Source of the DNA: Owenia fusiformis
Taxonomy: Eukaryota
NCBI GenBank assembly: GCA_903813345.2
Contig: CAIIXF020000001.1
Span: 47,926,001-47,990,000, forward strand
Length of the DNA stretch: 64,000 nucleotides
Direction: 5' to 3'
The position numbers were made by a program, and so were the translations under genes. Below, in pieces: positions 1 through 12,600 of this stretch (positions within the stretch are counted from its first letter, which is position 1; each line of letters begins with the position of its first letter). The notes under the pieces are model-generated. The model was not told where the DNA came from. It was given only the letters and a program-made list of their open reading frames with translations, and did not search any database.

Positions 1-570
1 CCACCCTCCTGCCAGCCCCAAGACATTGAAAAACATAACGTGTCAGACAGATTCTCTGGGTTTGAAAATATTTGAACGAAGTAGCACGATTATTCAGCAT
101 CTAAACAAAAATCTAAATGTTAGATGGTACAAAAGCCCTACAACTTATTTAAAATATTTACATTTTATGAAGAGACACTGGTTAGCACATTCAATACATA
201 TTATATTATGCAACGTAAGTTTATCATGACATTGTTGATCTAATATCATATTAACTTAGTCAGGAAAACCAGTATTTGTGAACTACAGCTTGTCCAAATT
301 TTGGAGAAATTTTATACCCACACGGGCTTTGTTGGCTAGTCTAATTGTTAGTATATCCTCGACGCTATGTCTTGTTTGAGTCACGATGTATTCCACCTGA
401 GGATAATAAACCAATAATAACTGTAGAATGTATCCAAACATCATCAAATGCTGTCTTGAGATACTTATTTCATGGATCCACACAACTACTCTCAGTTTTC
501 CTTGCGTGGAAATGCGAATTTGGGTAACATATAAACTTGATTGAACACTTTCCTGAGAGCCAGTGCCTGA

Positions 571-674
571 CTATTCGTCTATAGCGTCATGTCTTGCCAT
601 GGTCTCCTGAATCCAAGGAACATAGTGAGATACCCTCGCGTAAACACCCGGGTTGTTCGGGGACGCACACTCGC
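571..674 (-). CDS. Trypsin domain terminal exon 42
   Basis: ttccag|(G)[36 protein letters not shown]. Confidence 0.9.
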
Positions 675-3600
675 CTGGAACACACATATACAGGAGTGCA
701 TGACAACGTTTTCCCTTTTAAAGTAACCGTTACATGAGAATGTAATATTATCACTGTTCCACAGCTGGATGACTCTAGCTGCAGTTAGCTTCATCCAAGA
801 TGGTTGCCGAGATTCTTTCGTTTTCGATAAACCTCCGATTTCAGCTAAACTAAGTTGAATCTTGATTTCAAAAGTTTCGTCCTGCAAATTAATAAAACAA
901 CAAATGCTCAAACACCCGCAATATTAGAGAATTTTAAAGATAACGGCTTCACTTAGAATGACTCTAACTGAAGTTAATGATCTATGTCATCATTACGTCA
1001 TTATCAACTTCAGTCATTCCTGAGTCATTCCTGAAGTGAAGCCGTTTTCTTTAAAATTCTCCAATATATTGTTTGAGCATTTATTTGTAGTTATTTACCA
1101 TCGTAGCTTTATTCATTTGCATGGCGAAACATTTGGAATCAAGAATCAACTTAGTTTAGCTGAAATCGGAGCTTTATCGAAATCGAAAGAATTTCGGCAA
1201 CCAACTTGAATGAAGCTAACTGCAGTTAGAGTCATCCAGCTGTGGAACAATGATTATGACCCCCATAGATTACTGTCCTCTGCCTCGCCATTGGTAGAGG
1301 CCTATTTACAACTACCTTCCTTACTTGTACCTTTATTGAAATCGACCAAGTTTACGAGTTTATAATTTTACACGTTCACGTACATGTTTACTTAAAACGT
1401 ATAGCGTAACATCCCTATTATGTATCCACATGGTTGCAATTAAAAAAGTGTAACAATTTGTCACAACAGTGCTGAAACTAACGAAAACCAGTCACACTAT
1501 GGTGGCTCTGTTTCAAAACGTCTTGGTACTGACTGCTATGGCAACATCTAGATATTGTGTGAACAATATGACATGCATAAATTGTCTGGTATCGTGGTCA
1601 CCCCCCCCCCCCCCCCAAAAAATGAATGGCCTTGGATTATATATAAAATACTGATAAGAAATTAAAGAAGGCCCATGATTCGAAGCCTAAGGATCCGGAG
1701 ATATCAATTATAGATAATGATGACAGCCAATTTCAAGATGACACCATATCTATTAGTTCTTTAATGATAGCTCAAAATACAAGCAAAAACTGAAAACCAT
1801 TAACAGATTGCGCCCACCATATTGGGCAAGTACAAGTACAATCTGAAATGCCAAAAACATTCAATTTCTCTTGACTAGATTGTTTAAATTATTTTTCAAA
1901 TATTCAAATACTCCACAATACATAAAACACATAGCATTTTTTCTTTTAACAATTTTATCCTTGGCTGTGTTTTTTGGACATAATAGCCAAATTTTTACAC
2001 AGTTCATAATAGGCAAATTAAGCATTTTTAACTTCCCATATGTGTGACATTTCCAGGAATGTTGGCTCCTTTCGGTCTCTGATGGCCATCTCCACCAGAT
2101 ATTTCTCTGTCAACTGATAAATGAATGTTTTATTGAGATCGCATCTAAATAAAAAGAGTCTTAGTGTTTCTGACTCTTTTCCACAGGCACAGATAGGAGT
2201 AGAATTGCTGTTAACATTATGCGAGTGGAGTTGTGAATTAAGTAGCAAATCACATCTTATCTACAATGTGTCTCAAAAAAATGTTACACTTACAAAAAGT
2301 TCAATATCTTTCATAATTTTGACTTTTCCCCTAAAGCATACTTTGGATACCAAAAGACAAATCTTTCTCGAATAATTTGACACCATCAAATTCAAAATCT
2401 GTCATTGATTGGGTCCACAGGACAGCTTTTAGTGTTCCATAGTAAAATCTGACTTGCGCCAACTTCTAAGTGATTGGATGGACCAAAATAATGATAAAAG
2501 AGGAACAGTTTCTTTAATATTTAACTTTCTTCTGAGTAGAAGCTTGACCTTTAACTGTGTCATTCTGTAATTTTCCTATTTGTCTTACAAATCTGAGGTA
2601 CCCTTGCCCATGCGCACATGCATTGTAATACCACACTGATTTCATCAATTATTTTTCCAGAAGTTCATTTAGGTCAGTTTGTGATGCTGTAAAGCGCTTT
2701 CAGAGGCCCTTCAAAAAACCAAGGGTGTAAAGTGGGATGACCCTGGGGGCCAATCCATTGGGTAATCCAATGCTATCTTCTGATTTCTGGCCAAAGAGTT
2801 CTACCAAACGATCTGCCACAGGCCGTAATCCAATGCTATCTTCTGATTTCCAAAGAGTTCTACCAAACGATCTGCCACAAGCCTTTTCACCATCCTGTTG
2901 CCATCATACGTAACAACATTGAACACTCTGACAATTAAATCTTATATTTTAGCATTCACACCAAAAAAGAATCGATCACCACATGTCCAACCACTGAGAA
3001 ATTGGCGCAAATCAGATTTCACATGCGTCTATGAAACGTTTCCTGTGCAGCCAATCTTGGACGGATTTGAATCTGATGGTGTGGATTTATTTGAGAAAGA
3101 CTTGGCTTTTGGTATCTAAGTATACTTTAGGGGAAAATTCAAAATCATGAAAGATACTGAACTTTTTGTAAGTTTTTTTGAGACACACTGTATTTATATA
3201 TATAAAAACATTTCTTGCTTTCTTGTAATTTTCAGAGAAACAGTTGATAGTACCCCGGACAGGTTGTATGATGCAGTCATTTTTTTACTCTATATTTGCA
3301 ATAGAACAACCATTCTTATTGAAATTTTCAAGATTTATTCTAGAGACAATTTCCAACATGGAAAATAAATATTTTATCAAAATTTTCAATTTTATGATTT
3401 TGACGGGCTTTTTTTCAAAAATACTACACAGTCAATAAAATACAGCTTTTTGCTTGAACAATTGAACTTTTAACGTCATTTCAAATATTGTCTGGCTATT
3501 GAATTTACGGCCGCCTAAAATCTTTCCAGATATATCTGTTGCCATATTAATAATTGTGGCTGATTATTGTTATTCACTTAAGTCATATTCAGTATTATTA

Positions 3601-6600
3601 CAGTGCATTAGGCCAATAAAAACGTGTTGCTCTGGGTCTCTAAGCGTTCCCTAGATTGAGCCCAGATAGAGGAGGTCAATCTTCTTGTCCACGGACATGA
3701 GTTCAACCCGGTCACTGTTTTTAATAAAGCCTATCAAAATCATAAAATTAGGGATTACGTTAAAATATTTTTTTTCCATGTTGGAAATTGTCTCCAGAAT
3801 AAAATAGGAAAATTTCAATAAGAATGGTTGTTCTATTGCAAATATCGAGTAAAAAAACGACTGCATCATACAACCTGTCCGGGGTACTAATGGAAATGAT
3901 CGTGTTGCGATGAATATGCTTGTCATTAGCTTAGACTATAAACCATATGTTAATATAAAAAGCTTTCTTAGTCCTTATCTAGCTATCATTATGACGACAC
4001 AAGAGTGCTCTTATCCATATGAAAACACTCTAGATGATCCTAACAATACTTTGTTGCTCTGGGTCTCTAAGCGTTCCCTAGATTGAGCCCAGATAGAGGA
4101 GGTCAATCTTCTTGTCCACGGACATGAGTTCAACCCGGTCACTGTTTTTAATAAAGCCTATCAAAATCATAAAATTAGGGATTACGTTAAAATATTTTTT
4201 TCCATGTTGGAAATTGTCTCCAGAATAAAATAGGAAAATTTCAATAAGAATGGTTGTTCTATTGCAAATATCGAGTAAAAAAACGACTGCATCATACAAC
4301 CTGTCCGGGGTACTATAATATAGTATTATTCTTAGAGGTGATTATGCTGATTAATTTCAATGATATTTGGTTCAGATACACTTCTTTCAATAGAATTTAT
4401 GCGAGTGACCCATTTAAATGCCCCACCCTGTATATCGTCTCAGAAATCACATTTTAGTGATGTCACGTGTTAACGCTGAAATTTCACGAAGGGTATCAGT
4501 TTTATTCTATATTAAATTGTTAATTTCATAATGCTGCATATAATCAAACGATTCGGTTTACTATCCAGACATGAACAACATATGTGTATCACTTTTGCAT
4601 ATTGGATAGCCTATAGTTAAGTGAGAAATCAGAAATTATAGGCCACGGACTTTTTTGTCATTGCTCTTCGAAAATGACAATTTTCATCCATTGTCTAATA
4701 TAATATTTTGTTGATTTTCTAACAAAAAGGCCACATTTATTAGAAATCACAACAAAATTGAAAGTTTCGCATACAAGTAGGCCTATCTGATTTTTTTGAT
4801 TTTTTTATTTCAAAGAATAAGCATGTTAAAGCAATTGCAAAAAACAATCACAATACAGTTGCATGTTAAACATACATTTTACAATTTTACAATACAGTAT
4901 TGGTTAAACCTTAGTCTTCAAGAAATGTTACACCATTGGCAGTTTTTTATTTAAAGGAAAAATCATCATTATCATTTGTTTAATTTTGCTTCTATGATTT
5001 TCCACTTAAAGCCTCTGCCAATCCGTTTGTCCATAATAAAACATTCCTTCACATTACTTATAAAACCTTTAAGGGTTGGTTTTAGCATAGAATATTTGCA
5101 CAAATAAACATACCTTTTAAAAATACATAGCATATTATTTAGGATGATTGTTTTTTCATTTATACTCTCCACTTGTGGTAAGACTACATATTACATAACG
5201 ATAAGGGCCAAAATTGTTTTGAACTTTCCACAGAACCTTTTACTGTCAGCTACGGATTACTTCCCCCACGATGGCCGTGACATCGTCCAACATCATTTCT
5301 TGCATTTCACAATGAAATGTTTCCTAATTTTATCATCACTTTTCGCACAGTTAATTAGGAATTCAATATCCTGATGGTTCAAGGAAAGATTAAGGAATAA
5401 ATTAACAGTTGACACCCCACGATTTATCGCCATTTGATTCTAGAAATAAAGCGCAAAAATAAGACTAACAATGACATTTACGAGAGTAGAACGCCTAATA
5501 GTAATCAGTCTGTACATTGTAGATGCATTACCCAAAGGCGAAATCATTTTCATTAAACACATGGGACTGTCTCAAATACATTTTGTTTAAGATAATCGGG
5601 TAAAAACTAATACTGGTATTTTTATCTTAAGCTTAAGACTTTGAGTTAACCCCTTGGTTCATTAGAGCGTATTTCGGAATACATATTGATTAGGCATGTA
5701 ATAAAACATGCTAATAGTACATACGGATTGTTCTTTTCAAATATTTCAACTACAGTCTCTCCGTGGGTAGATTAACAAAACTAAGAATACTAAAATATGG
5801 CTCTGGCCTCGACTTGTCAGCATTCCTTTAGTCTTATTTGTGTAAGTTAGTCAATATTTTAGCAACCATTATTTTCATCATCAAAGATGCCAAATTGATG
5901 CATTTACAGTTAGAGTTCATAAAAATCTCGGTGATAAGTGGATATTACGAGTAGATTTCTAAAACTTGAGATATCGGGATAATAATAGGTTATTTTCTAT
6001 TATCTCGTTATACCCATATGTCCAGTACCACAAGGGTACTTATACACAACACTTATGTTCGCCCACTCAACCCGCTAAAATAATTGGAAATATATGTTAA
6101 AGCTCAGTGATCTTAAAAGAATAACAAAGTATTAGGCTTATTTGTAGTTAAATGGGTCAATAAGAAGATGGACTTATTTTTGAAATCATATTTTGTGGTA
6201 TTTTTACAGTATTCATTTATTTCTATTTTTCCGTGTTCACCATTTCCTATTTTAGTCTCCTTTATTTTGTTACATTCAGGTTTACATTTTCGTTCTGCAT
6301 ATAAAAACAACAATCCAATTCTCTGACTCATTTTTATATTAATATAAGTGCAGTCCAACCTAAATTGAATGCCATATAAGATTAAAGTATTCATCAATCA
6401 AGATATTCCTCAAAATGTATGAATACCGTTGGAAATATCAGGGATGGAACGTTAAAATCCAGCGGGATTGCTGGGATGTCAGAATTTAATTAGTGAATGA
6501 AAAAGCGTATTTGATTGACAGATTGATTCATCATGGGTAGCTCACCATGGAGATACTTATTGCTGGATTAAAAGATGATCGCCGGATTAAATGGCAAATG

Positions 6601-9600
6601 CTTTATGATAGTGCTCATCAATATGGCTAATTCAGTTAATAAAGGAAACCCCTGGATGGGAAACTGTTGACTACTACACAGACCTGTGCCATCAGACATG
6701 TTTCTATATTAATAAGGGAAACCCCTGGATGGGAAACTGTTGTCTACTACACAGGCCTAGGCAATCAGACGTGTTTTAGTTAATAAGGGAAGCCCCTGGA
6801 TGGGAAAGTGTTGTCTACTACACAGGTCTTGGCCATCAGACATGTTTTTATCTATAATAAGGGAACCCTTTACTCTATACAGGCCTGGATCATCAGAGAT
6901 GTTTTTGATTTAATAAGAGAAGCCCCTGGATGGGAAACCCTTGTCTACTACACATGCCTGGGCCATCAGACATGTTTTTAGATTAACGAGGGAAACCCCT
7001 GGATGGGAAACTGTTGTCTACTACACACGCCTGAGCCATTAGACATGTTTTTAGATTAATGAGGGAAATCCCTGGATGGGAAACTGATGTCGTCTACACA
7101 GGCCTAAACCATCAGGGATGTTTTTATTTATAATAAGGGATCCCCCTAGATGGGAAACTGTTGTCTACTACACAGACTTGGGCCATCAGACATGTTTTTA
7201 AATTAATAAGGGAAACCCCTAGATGGGAAACTGTTGTCTACTACACAGCCCTGGGCCATCAGAGATGTGTTTATCTATAATAAGGGAACCTCTGTATGGG
7301 AAACTGTTTACTATACAGGCCTAGACAATCAGAGATCTTTTTAATTTAATAAGGGAAGCCCCTGCTGGATGGGAAATGGGCCATCAGACATGTTTTAGTT
7401 AATGAGGGAAATCCCCGGATGGGAAGCTGTTGTCTTCTACACATGCCTGGGCAATCAGACATGTTTTAGTTAATGAGGGAAATCCCCGGATGGGAAGCTG
7501 TTGTCGTCTACAAAGGCCTGGGCCATCAGACACAGATCATTCTTAGCTGGCTTACATGTACCAGTATGAGAATTAAAGAGAAAACGAGATGATTTTTAAA
7601 TACTATGTACTATCTATTTATTTTTGACCTCGAAACCTTTAAAACATTGGTTTCAATATATGGCTACTATCTTAAGTATTGCCCGAGTTTTGAGATGAAA
7701 AAAGGGGAGAGGATAGATAGAAAGCCATATATGTACACGCAGCTTATTTGATATTTACATTACACATTTCCTTAAAGTCCCCATGTGAAGTTTGAAAATT
7801 TGTTTTTATCCTTCATTTACTATTTAAATACTACTACACCAATATTTTAACACTATTTCAATAATTAACCAATGTTGACTGTCTTACCATGTTAAAAGGA
7901 AGAATAAATCGTGTTTTAAATATTATACAGGGTGTGCCAAAAAATAATTTGCAACTTTTTTATAAGGCTGGAAAAGTGTCATCTAATTTAGGTATCACGT
8001 GTCCGAGATTTACCATTTTTCGAGAAAATGTGACTTTCTATGATTTTATATGATCAACAATAACACATTCATTATGTTCACTAAATACCTTAAATGAACA
8101 TGAGTATATTTTTATTGAGAAACGGAAAAACACTGAGTACTCAAAAACAATTATATAGTATAATAGGTCTTGTTGTAATTTCTAATTAATTAAACTACAA
8201 TTGGTCAGGAGCTTTAATTAATGAAATTCTATTGAGGTAGATCCATATGTTTTAGATGTCTCTGTTATTGTATTCAACTTTTTGTAAAAGTACTATAAGT
8301 AGCTAGGACAGAAGTCACAGAATACGAGCGAATATCAATTACTGGACTGGACACATTATAATACCTGGTAATATCAAATATGACACAAAGTTTGATTTGC
8401 TTTAATATTGAACCAAGAAAAAAACTCAAATAGAAAAAAGCAGAGATTATTAGAAGTGCAGGCACATGTTAAACAAAGTGCATGTTTTGAAAGATGGCAA
8501 CACTTCTATAAAAAATGAATACAAACAACTTTGCCATCTTTCAATGACATTTATAAAAACTTGATATATAAAGCTTGATAAATCAAAAATACTTTTTGAT
8601 AATTTATTGTAAGCTTTGATGTGGTCCGTTTGAGCTGTTGTTGGTGTCAAATGAAAGATAAGGTTCTAATCAATACATTGGACATACTCTGAAATTCAAA
8701 TGTAAGTCTTTATTTTGCCAAAAACGCTGAAAATACGCAAAGTGAGCCTTTAATTAGAAAATTGACGGACCCGAAATGCTGGATCATATAACTCAAATGT
8801 GCGGAGTTGTCGAAGTCTTGTTTTCACAAGTGCTTTCGCCGTGTTCTTCTAGTTACGGGAAACTATGATGCGTTACGGTTTCTAAATCTTTCAAGACTAA
8901 AATAGTTTGTGAGAACAGGCTGTGGTAGATAATGGCCTAAATTTGGATCTGAGATTCCACAAATTGTATTTTTGGTAGGTTTGAACCATCTGGTTATGGA
9001 GATAATGATCAAATAATACAGAACACCTGCGAACGCCCAGCGTTCCTTCCAACTGACTGCAGAGAAAACATCAATAAAGTGTATGCTGGCTATACGGGGG
9101 CAATAACAAGACCTTGACTTATATTTCTTTTTTAGTTTGACCTTTTCTGATTAGAATCAGCTGGTAATTTGTAGATAACTGAATAGAAGAGTAGTAATTA
9201 GTACTGGTCTGTAAATAAGGTTGAGGGGATAGCGCCGGATTTTGTATGCCTTTTAGTTACGTGAATATATTGATGCCTGGTATATTGAAAATATTTTCAT
9301 ATGGTTCGTGACGTGCAACTATTCTCTTCATTTCATAATATTGGACATTTTAAAAAAATCTTAAATTATTACATTCCTGGTGTAAGCATTAGGTTGATGT
9401 CAAATAATCATGAGAAAGTGTGCAATTTAAACGGTCACAACGTTATCGTTTAGCCACAATTACCGGGTTATCCAAAAAATCCAGGGATATTTTTTCATGA
9501 AATTTCACATACATTCAAAAAATATCTCCATGGTTATTGATTCCTTAAATAATAAAGTCAAAAATAATGGCTAATATGGTAACATGACTTTTGGGTATGC

Positions 9601-12600
9601 GGGTACTTTACGTCACACAATTTACAATTACTTCTCCCTACTATATCTTATAGTTGTCTACTTTAACCAATTGTGTAATTTAAACGAGAACAACAGACAT
9701 CACAATCAACTTTCGAAATGCAACTGACAATGTACAGGCAAATGATTGAGCGGGCGTATTGTATTGATTATGAATCTATCACATGATCTATATCGGTTAA
9801 TGTTGTTTCAGTGATTGTCATTGATCTTTTATGTGATCTTTCGGTTAATATTGTTTAACTGATAGCCATCGTGATATTGCAAATAGTCGAAAAGGCTTAA
9901 ACTTCATTTTAGGACATCAAAATAGTTTGGCAACAAAGCAAACACTCTCCTCCAGAAAGTACGACTGTTACGCGGTATATGGCATACATTCATGGTTGCG
10001 CGGTATTTGTGATACGGGTGAATATGCCATACTCACCTGCGGTATATGGCATATTCCGCAGGTGAGTATGCGATATTCCGCAGTGAATATGCGATATATT
10101 GAATTCGGTGAATACCCTAAACTCACCTGCGGAATATGTCATACTCACTTGCGGTATATGCCATATACCGTAGGTGAATATGACATACACTGTATACCGC
10201 AGGTGAAAACGTGATACAGAAAGCCTTGATTTGATTGGTTGCGAGAATCGACTCTAAATGCAAAACTACGCTGGATTACCAATATAGTTAGTGCGTCGAG
10301 TACTAATATATGAATCCTGGATTGATTGAGTAAGTCTATTACACGAGATTGGTGACTGATACTTCTGCTAAGTTGATATATTCGATACACAGGACTCTTG
10401 ATTCAGTAATCATTATAATAATTTATAACGTTTTACTTGTTCGTTTAATCGATGCAATTGACAATTGCGTACTTCCGTATCACGTTCTCATTGGTTAGTG
10501 TGTATGCCATATACCGCAGGTGAATCTGTCATACACTGCAAGTGAATATTCCATATACGTTGCGGAATATGACATATTTTTGTATCGTGTTTACCGCGTA
10601 ACAACGACAACGTAACATTATATTAATATTATTAAAATAGTATTATACAATCATTGGTTTTAAAAACGTGTTACCCCAACACAGCTTTGAATAATTTATT
10701 GAACTTTGGTATATCTAGCGATGTGTCTGGTGTATTTTAGAAATAACGCATCTCATCCAGTACGATTCTAACGTTAAACACAAGTGTTGTAATATTTCAG
10801 ATGATTAATTTAAGACAGCTTATTAATCCTCTTGTTGCCTTCAATATCTTAAATGTCAGTAGATCTCTAGAGTATGGATGGTATTATTACGTTCCAAATA
10901 TTCTATGTTTATTCTGCGTACTTACTCGGAGGGCGAACCACACAGTTTGGAAATGGCGCCGAACAGTTTTTTCTTCGGCCAGAATATTTATTGGGCTCAG
11001 AAAGTTTTCTCCCCTATCTTAGACAAATTATTTGCGCAACAATGCCACGCCAGTTTTTTTTATTCAATTATATTCCAAATGTAATAATTTTATTTGTTCT
11101 CGCAACCTAGTTATGTTTACTTTAACAACTGCCAAACACAGGCTACTGTAGTTCAATGCAATTACTCAGATGCGAGTAGGTAGTTACCAGTTTCGCCACC
11201 AGGTGGCTGATTCGGGGGAAATAACATGGCAGCCGAAGGGTATTACAAAATTCCCTTAAACTTGAATATTCATCAGATACTTAATTATACAAATACATTA
11301 TGTGTCCAGTAAATATCATCTGCCCAACACAAGAAAAGATATTTCACTTTTTGTGATTTTACAACATGGGGTCTATGGGGAATCTCTCTAACCTAAAACT
11401 CACATTTTCAAAGAAAATTAAATTTTCAAAGCTGATAAACTCTTTTCAAAATCACATTTCTACATGTACTTTTATATGCAGATTTCAAATATGACATCAG
11501 TTTGGCTGAATTTTGAATTTAATGACGTAAATCAAGATTATTTCTACTCGCATATCTAGTCTATTATCTATCAATTTTAGTTCAAAAAGACAATTTTTAT
11601 TACATTAATCCATAATGCTTTAGTCCTGGTATCATTGGGACATTTAAATAACACTGAAAATCTCATTTTTGGAAGCTCAGATTTTTAAAAAGCAATTCTA
11701 ATTTTACATATACCATAGTTAATTTACTTAGGCCTGTACTTTGTGTGAAATAAAACTATGGTGTACATGACTGATGAAACATATTTACCTGATCCCCAGC
11801 TCACTATGCCAGTCAGGGTCCATCGGTCATGTTCATTCTTGCATACAAAAGGTCCACCACTGTCAGCCTGGAGAAGGAAATATAGATAAAATAATACAGC
11901 CAGACAACATCAACCATGTTCATTCTTGCATACAAAAGGTCCACCACTGTCAGCCTGGAGAAGGAAATATTGAGATATTATTTAGACAAGCAACATGGAC
12001 CATTGTCATTCTTGCATCTAAAATTAAGCCCTAACTCTGTCCGCCTACATTGAAAGAAATATAGAGGTACAAAAATGACACCCACTAATTTTGGAATAAC
12101 TTTCTAAATAATTAAGGAATTTTCATGATTTTTAATGTGTAGATAAAGTTTCCAATGAAGGAAAAAATGTTGTACTTATACAGCATCAACAACTGTGCAA
12201 TTTAGAGATATCACGTTTTCCATCCAGGTATTCTCTCCAAGAAATTGTCAAAAGATATTCAAAAAACAATTTTCCGAAATTAGGATTTCTGTCTTTGCCG
12301 TTATTTGAGTCATTTCTGGATTGTTTTCACATATATTATCGATAATATATCACATCTACCCATTTTTTAAAAGAAATTGTCAAATTTGATGAACTGAGTC
12401 ACTTTTGTGTGAATTTAAGAAAAGTAGGATCTTCTAATTTACATTTTTAATGTTTCCGTGTCAGAGCGTGCTTTCGCAGAAAATGATATATCTCCTAATT
12501 TCCAAGTTGATGATACTATGTAAGCATACAAAACTTTCCTTCATTGAACACTATCTACACATCAAAAGCATGACGATTCCTTAATTATTGAGAAGGTTAT

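Noticed and set aside
283..397. Further terminal exon (VEYIVTQTRH...)
   Set aside because: It lies in the 3' UTR region after the stop at 571 and has no upstream partner or homology cue.
1601..1616. Poly-C tract as a functional G-quadruplex
   Set aside because: It is an isolated homopolymer with no supporting context.
6636..7532. CRISPR array or tandem hammerhead ribozymes
   Set aside because: There are no unique spacers and no cas genes. The CTGATGG and GAAAC motifs lie on opposite strands and there is no stem II.
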